Shown here in pieces: positions 24,150 to 37,609 of a stretch of DNA of 64,000 nt. Source of the DNA: Eledone cirrhosa. Taxonomy: Eukaryota. The translations under genes and the position numbers were made by a program. Where the stretch lies: contig OZ024743.1 of the NCBI GenBank assembly GCA_964016885.1, positions 339,822,001 to 339,886,000 of the forward strand, given 5' to 3'. The notes under the pieces are model-generated. The model was not told where the DNA came from, made no database searches, and saw only the letters and a program-made list of their open reading frames with translations. Every line of letters starts with the position of its first letter. The stretch's first letter is position 1.

Positions 24150-26578
24150 TACATCTTTTTGACTCCTACGTCAAAAGTATTGACCCTGACAGTCATGGAA
24201 ACATGGGCACATTCCTTACTCTGTGATGGGGTTTTCAGCATAACTGGCTACAACTTGTTTTATAAAGACCGCATTAATCGTGGTGCTGGTTGTGGTGCAA
24301 TGGTCTACGTTCGGTCAAATTTTTCAGCGTTTCCTTGTGTTGATTTGAACTAATCGCAGCAAGAAGTATTTTTCTGCGATATACATATGACCATGACAAC
24401 ACTGCTACTTGGAGTCGTTTACCGTCCCCCAAATTACCATCAGCACACTCGACTTTGTGATATCCTCAGAGCTGCTGCCAGGAAAACAGCCACTTATGTT
24501 TTTATTGTAGGAGACTTCAATCACCCTGAGATTGACTGGGAAACATTTCGTTGGCTGCAAAATGCAAATGATTTCCTTGAGCTAGTGCTGGACTTGAACT
24601 GGTCCCAAGTAGTCACCTCCCCAACAAGAGGTGACAACACTTTGGTTCTACTCTTCACCATTACTCCTGAAACGGTTATTAGTGTTACTACTGAGGAACC
24701 TTTAGGTGACTCTGATTATGCTATGATCATTGCCAATCTGTCCCTCATGGGTCGTAACAAAAACCACAACCATCTCCAAACTGCTCACTTTGACAGGAAT
24801 AAAGCAGACTGGAACTGTTACTGCACCGAGCTGCAATGTCCAAACTGGCTTGAGTTCTACGACTCTGGAGATGTCAACACTGTACTCCAGAACATCCTGA
24901 ACTCAATATGGACAGCATGTGCAGCATCGGTACCACATAAGCAGAAAAAACATCCCAAAAGTGCAATTTGGGAGACTGCAGAAGTCTGTCTTGCCAGGAA
25001 AGAACGTTGTAATGCTGAACATGAGTACAAACTGCATAAATCAGATATCAATAGGAAAATGCGAAATAAATCATCCAACCATTTCAAGCAGGTGACAAAA
25101 AAGGCAGTGCTTGAATTTGAGCAGCATATAATAACCAACCCTGAAGTATGTTCACTCAAGGCAGAAGCCTCACTCTCCAGTTGGTCCTCTTCGCAATCCT
25201 CACACAAGCCAGGTTACTGACGACCCCAAGGAATGCACAGAACTCATTGCTGAATGCTATGCAGGCATTTTCACTGTTGAAGACCAGAGTGTACCATCTC
25301 CACTACCTCTGACATCGGATTCTATTACAATTATAGAATTTACACCTGCAATGCTGCAATGACACCTTAAAAATAAATGCAACCATGCCTCTCCTGGTCT
25401 TGATGGTGTTACGTACTTGCTTCTCAAACATGGTGGGTACTTCCTTCTGCACCAGCTATCACGCTACTTAAAATTCTGTCTAAACAATGGTGCTACTCCA
25501 GAGCAGTGGAAAACTGCCAGTGTCATTCCTCTGTTCAAAAAGGGTGACCGCAAATCACCTGTCAACTATCGTCCAGTCAGTCTTAATAGCTGCATTGCCA
25601 AACTGATGAAATCCTGTGTCAGAGAAACATTTAGAACTTGAGATAAAAAGGACAGATCCTGAACACTATAGATCTTGCCTGCAATCAGACCTGGACACAA
25701 TGCAACAATGGATCATAGACTGGCAACTCAAGCTAGCTGTGGACAAGTGCACTACCATGCATTTTGGGAGTAAAAACTCAGCGTCCACATACCCCCTCCA
25801 CAACACTAATATCAAGAAGTCTTCTTGTGAATGTGACCTGGGCATTACTGTCAGCAGCAATTTGCGCTGGACGAAGCACGTCTCTAAAATTGCCAAGAAG
25901 GCCGAGGGTGTCTTAGCATCACTCAGCAAGACCTTTGTCAACCGCTCTCCAGCTATCTATCTAAAGCTGTATATACCTATGGTGCGGCCACACTTAGAAT
26001 TTGCATCACCAGTCTGGAACCCCTATCTTGCTCAGAACATTGACCGCCTGGAAACTGTTCAGTGACGTGCAACCAAGCGAATACCCTACATCAGGCATCT
26101 ACCATACTCTGAACGTCTTGCTTCCCTGGGCATGGATACATTGAAGCTCCGACATCTGGAAACTGACTTGGTAAACACCCACAAAATTATTAACCATCTT
26201 GCTAACAACCTTGAGCACCTTTTTGATTTCCTTGTGTCTAACACAGGTGGGCATACCAACAAAGTCAGAAAACAGCACAGCTCCCATTGCTTTCGGGAAC
26301 ATTTTTTCACACCCAGAGTTGCTGAAGCATGGAACAAACTACCTGCATCAGTTATTAGCTGTTGAGACACTGCATCCTTTAAAAATTCCATGCTTCCTGA
26401 GATTCGCCAACACTATACCTGATATCCTGCCTCCATACACACACATGTATTTCAGGACTCGTACAGTTAATTTTCCTGACATTTATACATTATTCTATGT
26501 ACTATACATGCACCTTTGATGAGTTGTAGTGCACCTGAGCACTGTACACAATAATTTCATTATTATTATTATTATTAT
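24150..26578 (+). mobile_element. CR1-type LINE (APE plus RT with internal deletion) with (TTA)n tail
   Basis: GVVYRPP, IVGDFNHPEIDW, PTRGDN (APE); SPGLDG, PLFKKGDR..PVNYRPVSL; LYIPMVRPHLEFASPVWNP. The central RT (YADD region) is deleted near 25630. Confidence 0.88.
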
Positions 26579-26584
26579 ACCTCT

Positions 26585-26789
26585 TGCCAGTTGAAGGAAG
26601 ACGTGGTAGAGGTAGACCACGAAAAACATGGGCGGAGGTGGTGAGAACGGACCTCAGATCGCTGAAGCTCACGGTGGAGATGACGAAGGACCGTGACAAG
26701 TGGAGAGATGCTGTGCTGAATAAGACCCGTCCCACCCTTGCAAGCAGGGAAAAGCGGACGTAAAATGATGATGATGATGATGATGATGA
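26585..26789 (+). mobile_element. RTE LINE extreme 3' fragment
   Basis: Nearly identical to 17492-17684; (GAT)n tail. Confidence 0.85.
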
Positions 26790-27749
26790 TCTCGAGGGAC
26801 TGCCGCAGCTCTCGACGACCGTAGTGCAGTATTGCAAAAAGCTGATAACAGCAGGTGAAATCAGGAAGCGATGTAAATCGCCAGGTTTGGATGGTCTGCC
26901 CTACGAGCTTTATGCGTACATGCCAGACTTGTTCGGCGACCTCTTGGCAGACGTCTACTGCAACTGGCAGCAGAATGGGAGCATTCCCAGTTTTGTGAGC
27001 CGGGGAGCGGTGGCGCTGTTGAGAAAAGACCCGAACAAAGGGGACGTTATAGACAACTTCAGGCCCATAACTCTGTTAAACACAGATTTCAAGATTTTGG
27101 CCAAGGTGTTAGCAACGAGATTGGCGCTTGTCGTTGGTAATCTGGTGGGAGAGGTGTAGACATATGCCATTCCATACAGATCCATCTACAACAACCTCCA
27201 CCTCATGCGATACATCATAGAGAGGGTTGTTAAGGAACCTGGCATGGGTGAGGCCCTGATCAACTTAGATCAATCTAAGGCATTTGATAGGGTCGACCAT
27301 CGGTACCTGGTGGCGGCTGGTTTCGGGCCCATTTTCAGGGGTTGGATCACTGCGATGCACAGCGACATCTGCTCAATTGTGAAGGAGAACGATCATCTGT
27401 CACAGCCGTTCAGCATCATGTACTCGGTCCGCCAGGGTTGTCCCCTTTCGTTGCTCTTGTACGTATTGACCCTAGAGCCGTTACTGCAGAAATTGGAGAT
27501 GTGGGAGATCGGTATCGGCTTACGCCGACGACGTCACCGTGGTGGTGTCAAGCACCGGACATGTCCAGATGCTCGGCACCGCTCTCAAGGAATATAAAGC
27601 AGTGATAGGAGCAAAGTTAAACCAGGAAAAGTCAGCACCTGTAGAAGCAAGTCCATGCTGCCCGACAGCGTCGTGGGGCGCGGGATGGAAGGACCGGTTA
27701 AATTGCTTGGGGGCTGGTTTGGTCCGGACCTCCAGATGGAGGGGGAACA
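26790..27749 (+). mobile_element. Tx1/L1-clade LINE RT fragment
   Basis: KSPGLDGLPYELY, FRPITLLNTDFKILAKVLATRL, LDQSKAFDRVDH, SVRQGCPLS.LLYVL.LEPL and AYADD motifs. Confidence 0.8.
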
Positions 27750-28765
27750 TTAGGTGTAGTGTTGGCGAATCTCGGGAAGCATGGATGTTTTAAAGGATGC
27801 AGTGTCTTGACAGCTAACAACTGATGCAGGTAGTTTGTCCCATGCTTCAGCAACTCTGAGCGTGAAAAAATGTTTCAGAAAGTCATGGGAACTGTGCTGT
27901 TTTCTGACTTTGTGGGCATGTCCACTTGTGTTAGACACATGGAAATAAAAAAGGTACTCAGGGTTGTTGTTGGCAAGATGGTTAACAATTTTGTGGGTGT
28001 TTACCAAGTCAGTTGCCAGGCGTCGGAGCTTCAATGTATCCATGCCCAGGGAAGCAAGGCGTTCAGAGTATGGTAGATGCCTGATGGAGGGTATTCGCTT
28101 GGTTGCACGTCTCTGAACAGTTTCCAGGCGGTCAATGTTCTGAGCAAGATAGGAGTTACAGACTGGTGATGCAAATTCTAAGTGTGGCCGCTCCATAGCC
28201 ATGCACAGCCTTAAATATATAGCTGGAGAGCGGCTGACAAAGGTCTTGCTGAGTGATGCTAAGACACCCTCAGCCCTCTTGACAATTTTAGAGACGTGCT
28301 TCGTCCAATGGAAATCGCTGCTGACCGTAATGCCCAGGTCACGTTCACAAGAAGACTTCTTGATATTAGTGCTGTGGAGGGAGTATGTGGAGTCTGGGTT
28401 TTTACTTCCAAAATGTATGGTGGTGCACTTGTCCACAGCTAGCTTGAGTTGCCAGTCTGAGATCCATTGTTGCATTGTGTCCAGGTCAGACTGCAAGCAA
28501 GATCTAGTGTTCAATATCTGTCCTTTTTATCTCAAGGTACAGCTTGATGTCATCTGCGTACTTTAGTACTGTGGCATTCTTTAAGTTGGCATCTATGTCA
28601 TTAATATATGCCACAAACAAAAGGGGGCCAAGAACAGATCCCTGTGGTACACCAGATGACATCTCATATGGTGAGGAATGCTGTCCCAGAGCAGTGACTA
28701 CCTCTCTTCGACTGAGAATGAAGGACTTCAACCAGTTGTTGATGTTTAGCCCCAAATCAGACATA
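27750..28765 (-). mobile_element. CR1-type LINE RT/3' fragment
   Basis: SGVPQGSVLGPLLFVAYIND, KYADD and RLETVQRRATK; same family as 24150-26578 but in opposite orientation. Confidence 0.88.
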
Positions 28766-29779
28766 GGATCAATGACATTTTGCCGTAAACATTCTGTTTT
28801 TTTAGGAGTATGTAGGACTACATTATCTAATATGGCCTCTCCCTATTTAAAACGCCATGATTTGGCTGCTGTTTCTAGCATGTCGAGTGCCCACGTATAG
28901 GCTCTTTCTTTTGCTCGAATTATTACGTTAATCTATTCTCAGATTTTTAATCGACAATAAAGACATGAAAACAAGAACCTAAGTTACCTCAACATAACTC
29001 TCTCCTCTCTTTAAACATCTTCATATAGGTATGTGGGTATATACACACACACAAACAAATATATTTTAGTACGGTAGAAATCTGAGAGAACCGGAAGTTT
29101 AGAATATATTAATCGATAAATTATCAGAACGCACTAACGGATAACTTAATAAGCAACAACAGGTTGTCTATGTTGATGCAGCTAGCTCTTTTTCAAATCT
29201 TACTCTTTCGCCTTTAATAAGAAAAGGATACGTTAGATAATGCAATCCAAGATACCACTCTTTATTTCTTAGCGAATCGACAGAGAGGTGTTTAAATAGA
29301 ATCCAAAAAGTCACATTTTGTTTAAATACTATAAAAAATAAGTATTTTTTTAAAACAGTGTAAACTTGTCTACATAAAGATTAAAAAAAAAACACGTAAA
29401 TTTCAGTTTCAACCCTTTTCTTCTTAGACAAAAGTGTGAAATCTTTACTTCTGCGATTTTCTCTCCGGTCACCGGTGAAACGATGGATGGAGGCGCGACC
29501 TGAGAGAGACTATTATCTCTACTTTTAACCCAGACACAAAAGAATATCTACTCATTGTTTTTTACTCACCGCATAATGCTTTCTAGTAAGCATTTTAATA
29601 CTCTTTGCTTTAAACTGCTTGACACTAAACTTAGTCATGTAGATTAATACCAAACATATGATGTATATATATGTGTGTGTGTGTGCAGGACCGGTCGGAT
29701 TTAATGGGGGGGGGGGGCTCCGGGTCCCTTGCAGTGGGGGGGGGGGGGGGCACCAGCGACGACCCTAGCAATTTATTTG

Positions 29780-31000
29780 TAGCCTTCATTCCTCCATATT
29801 GCCAGTGTGGAATCGACCACCGAGTGATACGTCCTTTGTCGGTAGTGTTTCACATCCACTGCCAATCGCTTCCACTTGTGCTCCATTGGGATGTTACCCG
29901 TCTCATGCACACCTGGGGTTGGGTCGATAAACTGACATCAGTTGCAACTCCCGACCACTTTCTGGACACTCAGGTAATGTGGGAGTTGATATTCCTGGCT
30001 ATGAACAGGCTCCTATCCAGTCCTATTTGATGCATGGTATGCAACCTCCTCAACTCCGAGTCAATCAGCCAACACACTGCAGCTATCTCCTTTTTTCAGC
30101 ATCCTCTAATGCTTCCAGCCAGGCTTTCTTCACCCTGGTTAGGACGTGCACCCTATTTTTCTCTGCGGGCACAAAGACCACACTCATCTTCAGGCCAAAC
30201 TCAGCAGGCAGCACTTTATTAGCATTTTTGCCACCCTCCTCTCACTGGTAAGCACTGATCTCACCCATCTGAGTACAGTATAAATCTCTATGATGTGCAG
30301 CCCCCATCTCAGGGTGAGATTTACTCGCTTCAGCATGTTGTCCAATTTGGCCACATAGATGTGGTTGCAGTCCTTCTTCCTGAGGCAGGCTGCATCCTCG
30401 ACGTCAACACCCCCTAGCGCTTTGCTGCTTGAATCACATCATACGGTCCCATTCTCCGATTTGGGTCCTCTGCCTTTACCCTCTCCATAGCCACTGTCCT
30501 CTCTTCCACTCTGTCTCCCCATCTGCTCATCTCTTGACATAGCTGCATGCTGTTTGGAGCCACCCCGCAATTAGATAATGGCCACGAATTTCCCACACAT
30601 TGAGAAAAGTTCTCACTTAGCCCTGCCAGTGCTCAGTTCTGGGATTTCATTTCTCCTCTGAAATACCAATGTGCCCATCTTGTCTCTTCGCAGCCTGAGT
30701 CCCAATGTGGCCCCTCCTTCCATTGCCTCTGGTAGTTTCGCAGTTAACCTGAACCTTTCTAGATGGCTTGAGACCTCTGCTGCCGACACCATGGTCTCAT
30801 CTACCAAGACATTGTCAATGTAGGAAATGGTGGCTCTCTTGACCTTCCCCAGAATAGCCTTAAGAACCGTGATCTTTGGTGCCAAATTCAACTCGATCCC
30901 CAGCCTGGTCCTTATACCTGACCAGCTGATACTTCTACAGCTTCTCAGCTACAAGTTTTTCTCACAGACATCTGTGATGTCAATGAAAGTCCAGCACCAG
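29780..31000 (-). mobile_element. Gypsy-like LTR retrotransposon pol relic (RT, RNase H, integrase)
   Basis: Minus strand reads RLGIELNLAPK..SYIDN (RT), FVPAEKN..VLTR (RNase H end), LHTMHQIGLDRSL..C..CQFID (HHCC) and WKRLAVDVKHY (integrase core), in Gypsy domain order. Confidence 0.65.
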
Positions 31001-31967
31001 CCTGACCTTGTTCTTCATTGGCTGCACTACTGCCATAATTGGCAACACTCCACTATCTCCTTCCAAGGAATTTTATGCCTTCCTTGATCTATCTTTGCAT
31101 CTCTCCCTCAAACTCACTTCTAGCATCCCCTTTAAGAGTATGCTGATAGCAGCTCATTCTGTTCTTCAGCTTATATATATAAAATCATATGCAAGGTGGA
31201 AGACTGAAGGTATGGATGTGTGGTGCATATGGATGTGCAGACAAATCTCAGTACATGGGACTCAGAGTTATCATTTCTTACCCCTGCCCCTCCTCTCTTT
31301 GAATCCAATGACATCAATGACTTTATACTTACCATTCCTCCACATTATGCTGTCCTTTCCCCATAGGGCAGAGAAGGCCCTTCAGTTGAGTCAATGACTG
31401 ACTCCCTCATTAGTGTTGGCGCCACAATAAAATGCACCCAGTACACTCTGTAAAGTGGTTTGTGTTGGGAAGGGCTCTCAACTGTAGAAACCATGTCAAA
31501 AAAGCTCGAAAGGATTCTTCAGTTGTGTTAAGGGCATGAGAACCTCTCTAGTGTTGATGACATGGTAAAACACACCTAGTATACATTGTAAAGTGATTAG
31601 TGACATGGTATCTAGCCATAGCAAACTTGTCAAACAAAGAGTACAGAGGACACTTCAGTTGTGTCAAAGACATGACAGTCTCTCTACTGCTGGTGCCATG
31701 ATAAAATTCATGGTGCACTCTAGAGAGCAAGATCAGTGCCTCTGAATGAGCACTAATTTGGTCTGGCTGCCTGTCCCACCCTTGCTAGCAAGGAAAGTGG
31801 ATGTCAATGATGAGGATACATACATACACAGAGTAAAACAGGAAACAGGATATAACATTTTCAAAATTTTATTTGGAATTTGTTCAGAATAAAGAAAGAA
31901 AAAATTAACAAACAATTAACAAATAACTATTCTTCTATATGGTAATAAAATAAAATATATATATATA

Positions 31968-32041
31968 CAGAATGTCCCCCCAAAATGTGTACACATTTCA
32001 ACAGTATTCTAATAAGTGTGTATACATTTTGGGACACCCTG
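31968..32041. mobile_element. Tiny Tc1/mariner-type MITE
   Basis: CAGAATGTCCCC-CAAAATGTGTACAC ... GTGTATACATTTTGGGACACCCTG with TA on both sides. The terminus is shared with 11872 and 13086. Confidence 0.6.
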
Positions 32042-32394
32042 TATATATATATATACACATACACACATAGGCTATCTTGTTGATTTTGACAAATTAGTTT
32101 TTCCATTTGTTAGACCAATGGAATGATGTACCCACTAAATTATATTCAGAGCAGAATCAGAGTGAGACTGAGACTGAGACATAACTGGGATTACAAGTAT
32201 TATCTTTCTGATGAGCTTCCGCACATTTTCTGTCTTCCAAATTTATATATATATTATACATTCACACAAATGTATGTGTGTATATATGTATATGTATCAT
32301 CATTATCATCACTGTTTAACATCCATTTTTCAACACTAGCATGAGTTGGATATATATATACACACACCTCCTACATCCTAACACTCTCTCCCCA

Positions 32395-32770
32395 CTAAAG
32401 TCCCCAGCCCACACTGTAAAGTAGTTATGCAAGTGTCATGACAAAAAGCACTCAGTCCACATTGCAAAGTGGTCGTGTAGGTGTTATGACCAAAAGTGCC
32501 CAGTACACACTGTAAAGTGGTTGTGTAGGTGTCTTGACTAAAAGAACCCAGCCTACACTTTAAAGTGGTCATGTAGGTATCAGGATAAAAAGCACCCAGT
32601 ACACACTGTAAATGTGGTTTGCATTACGAAGGGTATCCAGTCGTAGAAACCAGGCCAAAATCAGTTCTGTTATGAGCCATGGTCATCTGATCTGGCTTGT
32701 CTCACAATGGGACAACTCATCTAACCCATGCTAGCACGGAAAAATGAACATTAAATAGTGATGATGATGA
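32395..32770 (+). repeat. RTE/SINE 3'-UTR-derived tandem repeat (~44-bp unit) plus RTE-type tail
   Basis: About 6 copies of CCAG(T/C)(A/C)CACACTGTAAAGTGGT..GT..GTGTCATGACAAAAAGCAC, followed by the GAAGGG(T/C)ATCCAG..AACCCATGCTAGCA tail. Similar arrays at 44240-44540, 56990-57170 and 60310-60420. Confidence 0.7.
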
Positions 32771-33594
32771 ATATGATATATATAATGTATGTATACATTC
32801 AATAACAATCTTAACAAGTCTATAAAGTTAAAGTAGTTTGATATGTTTAATCTTCAATGTGATAGGATGAAACATTTAGGAAGTTATTTTATTTCTCTTG
32901 CAATCATTTTCTTTGCATGTGAAAGTGTTTCTATTTTTATTAAGTTAGTCTACAAGATAATTAAATGTCGAAATAATTACTGTATTTTAATTAATTGATA
33001 ATCTAGCAAGAAACCAGCAATGAAAAAGTTTATCAACCTATCAACCCAAATATCTTACAGTAATAAACAGATGCATGAGCTAATACAAATTCATAAGTGG
33101 ATGGTTGTCTTTTATGTGTCCAAAGAGGGCAGAGACTGAGGCTGCACATGAGACACATGTTCAGTGACCTTTTTTAATATGCCAGTTGACTGACTTTTAT
33201 GGAGCTTATGTTTGGTTTCTACTATCTGAAAGTGTTTTTCTCGCAAGGATTTTGTGCCTTTATGAATGAAGGAATAACATAGAGGCTTATTATGAGGAAG
33301 CTGTTCTTAGGATTTTATGTTGATGCTCATGGCTTTCAGTGTTGCTTCAGGCTAACCTTGTAGCATTTAGACTGCAAGTACTATTAACATTATATGAGAG
33401 GTTGGATCTAATGTGACCACTCAATTCAATTCCTTTCTAATCACCAACAAACTTTAAATAAAGAAACAAGGAAAGTGTTTGTGGTATAGCATAAATTATA
33501 ACAAAAAAAAAAAAAAAATTAAGGATTATTCAAATGTGGAATGATTATGTACAGTTGGACGGATTTAATAGATAGTTGGTTGCCAATTGTATTT

Positions 33595-33619
33595 CTATGC
33601 ATCCTCAGTTTCTTCATAT
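33595..33619 (-). CDS. LZTFL1: LZTFL1 coding exon 10 (last; KYEETEDA*)
   Basis: TTTTTCCAG acceptor, phase fits exon 9, and it resembles the human C-terminus QYEPED. Confidence 0.8.
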
Positions 33620-34712
33620 CTGGAAAAATAAATGGGTAGAAAATTTGAACATCATCTTTGTGTAGGCACAATCATAGTTGTGTGATTAAGAATTTTGCTT
33701 CACAACTATATGGTACATGGGGCTGACAAATATCTTGTGAATGGAATTTGGTAGATGGAAAATGTGCAAAATCTTTTTATGGCTGTCATCATCATATTTT
33801 AATGTCTATTTTTCCATGTGGTTAAGAAGTTACTTTTGTAACCATGTGATTTTGAGTTCTATAGCAATGAATGTCATCTTAGGCAAGTGTCTTCAACTAT
33901 AGACTTAGGCCAACCAATGCTTTGTGAGTGAAATTCGTAGATAGAAACTGTATGGAAGCCCATACAGTTTGTGTGTGTGTTTCTTCACATTTGTCACAGG
34001 CAGTGACATTGTGTATGTTCCACAAAAAAACCTATAATGCAAGTCAGCAGTTTGGTGTGCAAAGGTCAGTACCTTACTTTAAAAAATGTAAGGGTTACAG
34101 AATCAAGGAGGACATCAAGCTGTAGTATTCTGTTTCAAGAATTATTGTCCAATCCATACCAGCATGGAAAAGCAGTAAGAAAAACAATAATGATGATGGA
34201 TGTGAACCAATAACAGTATCATTCTTGATAAGTACCAACAATACCAATAATATGGAAAGAGTGGAGTGGTGATTTAATTATTCAACTCACACTCTCAATC
34301 ACAGTATAATGAGTAAAGAGGACTATTTAGCCTTGCAGGAAACCTGGTCACCTCTACAGATGTTACCATTACAAAATGTACTCAGCACAGTGTAAAGTGG
34401 CTGACATTCAAACAGTAACAACACAGGGTAGAAATGACTCTCTAGTTACAATCTGTAAAGTGCTTGGTGGTAAGAAAGGCCTCTAGTCATAAAAACCATA
34501 CTAAATAACTGAGTAAGACGAGGGTTTCTTGGCCTGTCTATCAGGAGAGTAGCACTGATTAAGCACTGACTTAATTTGTAACGACATGTCAGTATAGAAA
34601 ATGCATGTAAACAATAACGATGATGGTGGTGGTGATAATGAAAAACAAACTCTATATACAAAAATGGGTCTTACACTTAATTAGGAAAAAATATATAAAT
34701 ATTCATTCTTAC

Positions 34713-34816
34713 TTAGATAACCTTTGCCTCAATTCTTTCATTTGCTCATTTTTCTTTTGTAGCATCAGCTTGAGATTCTTGAAAGGTGTTGTTTGGCATA
34801 CCTTCTTCTCCATTTC
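34713..34816 (-). CDS. LZTFL1: LZTFL1 coding exon 9 (EMEKKVCQTTPFKNLKLMLQKKNEQMKELRQRLS)
   Basis: CAG/GTAAGA boundaries; aligns to human ELEKKFQQTAAYRNMKEILTKKNDQIKDLRKRL (recalled sequence). Confidence 0.9.
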
Positions 34817-36020
34817 CTGCAGAATGGCAGCAAAAAGAAATGAATGAAAGAATAAATTTCTTGATACTAGTTAAGTTAGTGTTAACATATTTAATGTAGT
34901 AAGCATTAAAAATCTCATTAGAAATAATTAAGCAATGAGGATAAAAACAATATTAGTTAAATAACTATTATTATTCTAATTAGTTCAGCAAATAAGAGAA
35001 ACAACTCAACATATTTGATTAAAACGTACATATCATCATCATCATCATCAACGTTTAACGTCCGTGTTCCACGCTTGCATGGGTTTGGACGGGGGTTTTC
35101 CCACTTGAGGCAAGAGTGATTGTCTTGCTCGCATAGGACTGTCTGGCGGGTTTTCTACAGCTGGATGCCCTTCCTAACACCAACCACATTTACAGTGTGG
35201 GGCTGGGAGGTTTTTACCGTGTTGCCTACACGGCCACATTACAGCGTGGACTGGCATATATTAAAAGTATACACCCCCGCTCTTTCACTTCTTTTCAAAC
35301 GGAAGACTAATTTGTTTTGTGGTTTCATGCAAAACATCATTTTCAATTCCAACTTCAAATTTCTTGATAAATTTGACTATTAAAAGTCATGATATAAACA
35401 CATTTGTTGGTATTCTTGATACTACTCTTGCACACAGTCTATCTAGCTACTTTATAAATAATCTAGTATTGCTTAGTCTTCACTCACATTTTCAGCTTAT
35501 TCTTTCATAGAAATTTCAAATTCAGATCAATGTTCATGAATGTGAAGCTGGTATCCATTTTGTTAAAGAATGTGAACAGTAACAGAAAATGTTCAACTTA
35601 TAATCTAGAAAAAAAATATCAAAAAATTCTGACAGCACAAATTTCGGGATGAAAAATGTCAAAATAACTCTGACAGTTGTCTATTTAGTGAAGCTGTTTG
35701 TCATCACAGACGTAGTAATGAGATCTTGATGGTCTCGTTTAAATATGAATAGGTTATTTTGGCTGGGTTGGTATTATTAGACCAAAACATTTTCTGTTGG
35801 TTTTGGGCAAGTTGGTATCAAAAGAGTTAAGACAATTTTCTCTGCTAAAGTTGGCCCCATGATGGAGTCCTTCCTGAGGCAATGCTTTATCATTGGATGC
35901 TTTCGTGTCATCAACTCTTTTAGTCATCACTTATGACAAGCAAGGATATAGTGTACTTATTCTAAAACCGCATATGTAACAAGTAGCTAAATGAAAATTT
36001 TAGCACCGAGCAATAGTTAC

Positions 36021-36122
36021 CTTTTCAGCTAGTTCCAACATTTCATTTACTTTAAGCAGTTCTAGTTTGGTGTCAGACAGATCAGTTTCAACAGCCATCA
36101 ATTTAGGCTGGGTGTCTTTGTT
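36021..36122 (-). CDS. LZTFL1: LZTFL1 coding exon 8 (NKDTQPKLMAVETDLSDTKLELLKVNEMLELAEK)
   Basis: CAG/GTAACT boundaries; aligns to human LEENLATAKHDLLRVQEQLHMAEK. Confidence 0.88.
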
Positions 36123-37537
36123 CTGAAAAATTTGAAGAAATAATAATACATCATCACCATCACATTTATTCAAATACTATCTTCAATATTTTCAATTCTA
36201 CCATATAGATATGCATTCCACAATTTTTTGAAAATCATACAAGGATTCTATGACAAAATAAATCTGGGAAACAATACTTTAGAGTATCTAATATTGTGCC
36301 ATACATCACATGATGGTGTCCATAAAATAAGTAGAATGGAAGGCACCCCATCGGTTATGATGATAGTGTTCCAGTTGATCCGATCAATGGAACAGCCTGC
36401 TCATAAAATTGATGTACAAGTGACTGAGCATTCCACAGACACGCATACCCGTAACATGGTTCTTAGGGAGATTCAGTGTTACACAGAATGTGATATGGCT
36501 GATCATTCAAACTACAGACACAACTCATTTTTGTCAGCTGAGTGGACTGGAGCAACATGAAATAAAGTGTCTTGCTCAAGGACATACACGTGCCACCGAA
36601 AATCGAACTCAGAACCTTACAATTGTAAGCTGAATACTCTAATCACAAAGCCACGTGCCTTCACATAAAATGAGTAGCACATACCTAATAAACCAAATAG
36701 AATATTGATTTGATTTTAATTAAATTTACTCCAGTCAATGTTTCCTCTAATTTTTATTAGTCAAAATGTACAAAAGACCATAAGTTGTGCAATCTTATAT
36801 ATGTGCACTGAAACTATAATTAGTATAATTATGACATTAAATAATTAACACTGTGCACACATTAATTTCTTTTGTACATAGGCTGCTAAAATATGTGGAC
36901 AAGCACATACATGCACATTTATAGGAATAGTGACTCAAGTGAACAAATACATATTGATTACTGCAAAAAATATACTTGTCTCCCTTCCTTATTATGGCAG
37001 GTTACAATCTCTAATATCTACCTAATCACCTTTGATGAAGCTTTTACATGTTTACTTGGTCTGCTAAAAATAACAGCAACATTTTCCTCACATCACACCA
37101 TACCATCTTAAATAATGAAAGGGGATTTTTGCCTTTCATCTTTTTGGGGGTTTGATAAAATAAAATACCAGTTTACGGTAGTGAATTGGTAAACTTGTTT
37201 GAGTGCTGGGTGAAATGCTTTGTGGTCATCATCATCCTTTTACGTCTGCTTTCCCTGCTTGCAAGGGTGATTCCTGCCATTTGCATTCTGGGTGTAAATC
37301 TTGTTGAGCCATACACGAGTAGTAGAATAAATCTGTCATCCAGTTTAACGCCACCATATAGCCATGGGTTACCTTTAGTAGAGTCTACTCTGATACAAGC
37401 ATTCTGACCATGTTTCTAGTTTGAAGATACCCCCACCCCTGCCCACCTTACCACCAATCTTGGAAGCATTGAAAAGTGTCATGGGCATTACCCTTTCCTT
37501 CCTGACTAAACAGTAATAAATAAATAAAAATACAAAC

Positions 37538-37609
37538 CATTTGAAGTTCAGTCTTCAAATCTGTCATTTGTTTTTCCAGGTCTTGAATAATTTCATTATT
37601 TTCTGATTT
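37538..37609 (-). CDS. LZTFL1: LZTFL1 coding exon 7 (KSENNEIIQDLEKQMTDLKTELQM)
   Basis: AAG/GTTTGT boundaries, frame-preserving 72 nt; resembles human DLSNLENTVAALKSEFQ. Confidence 0.78.

Noticed and set aside
29400-29499. Minus-strand peptide SPVTGEKI resembling SF3A1
   Set aside because: The match is only about 8 aa, the flanks do not match and no other exons were found.
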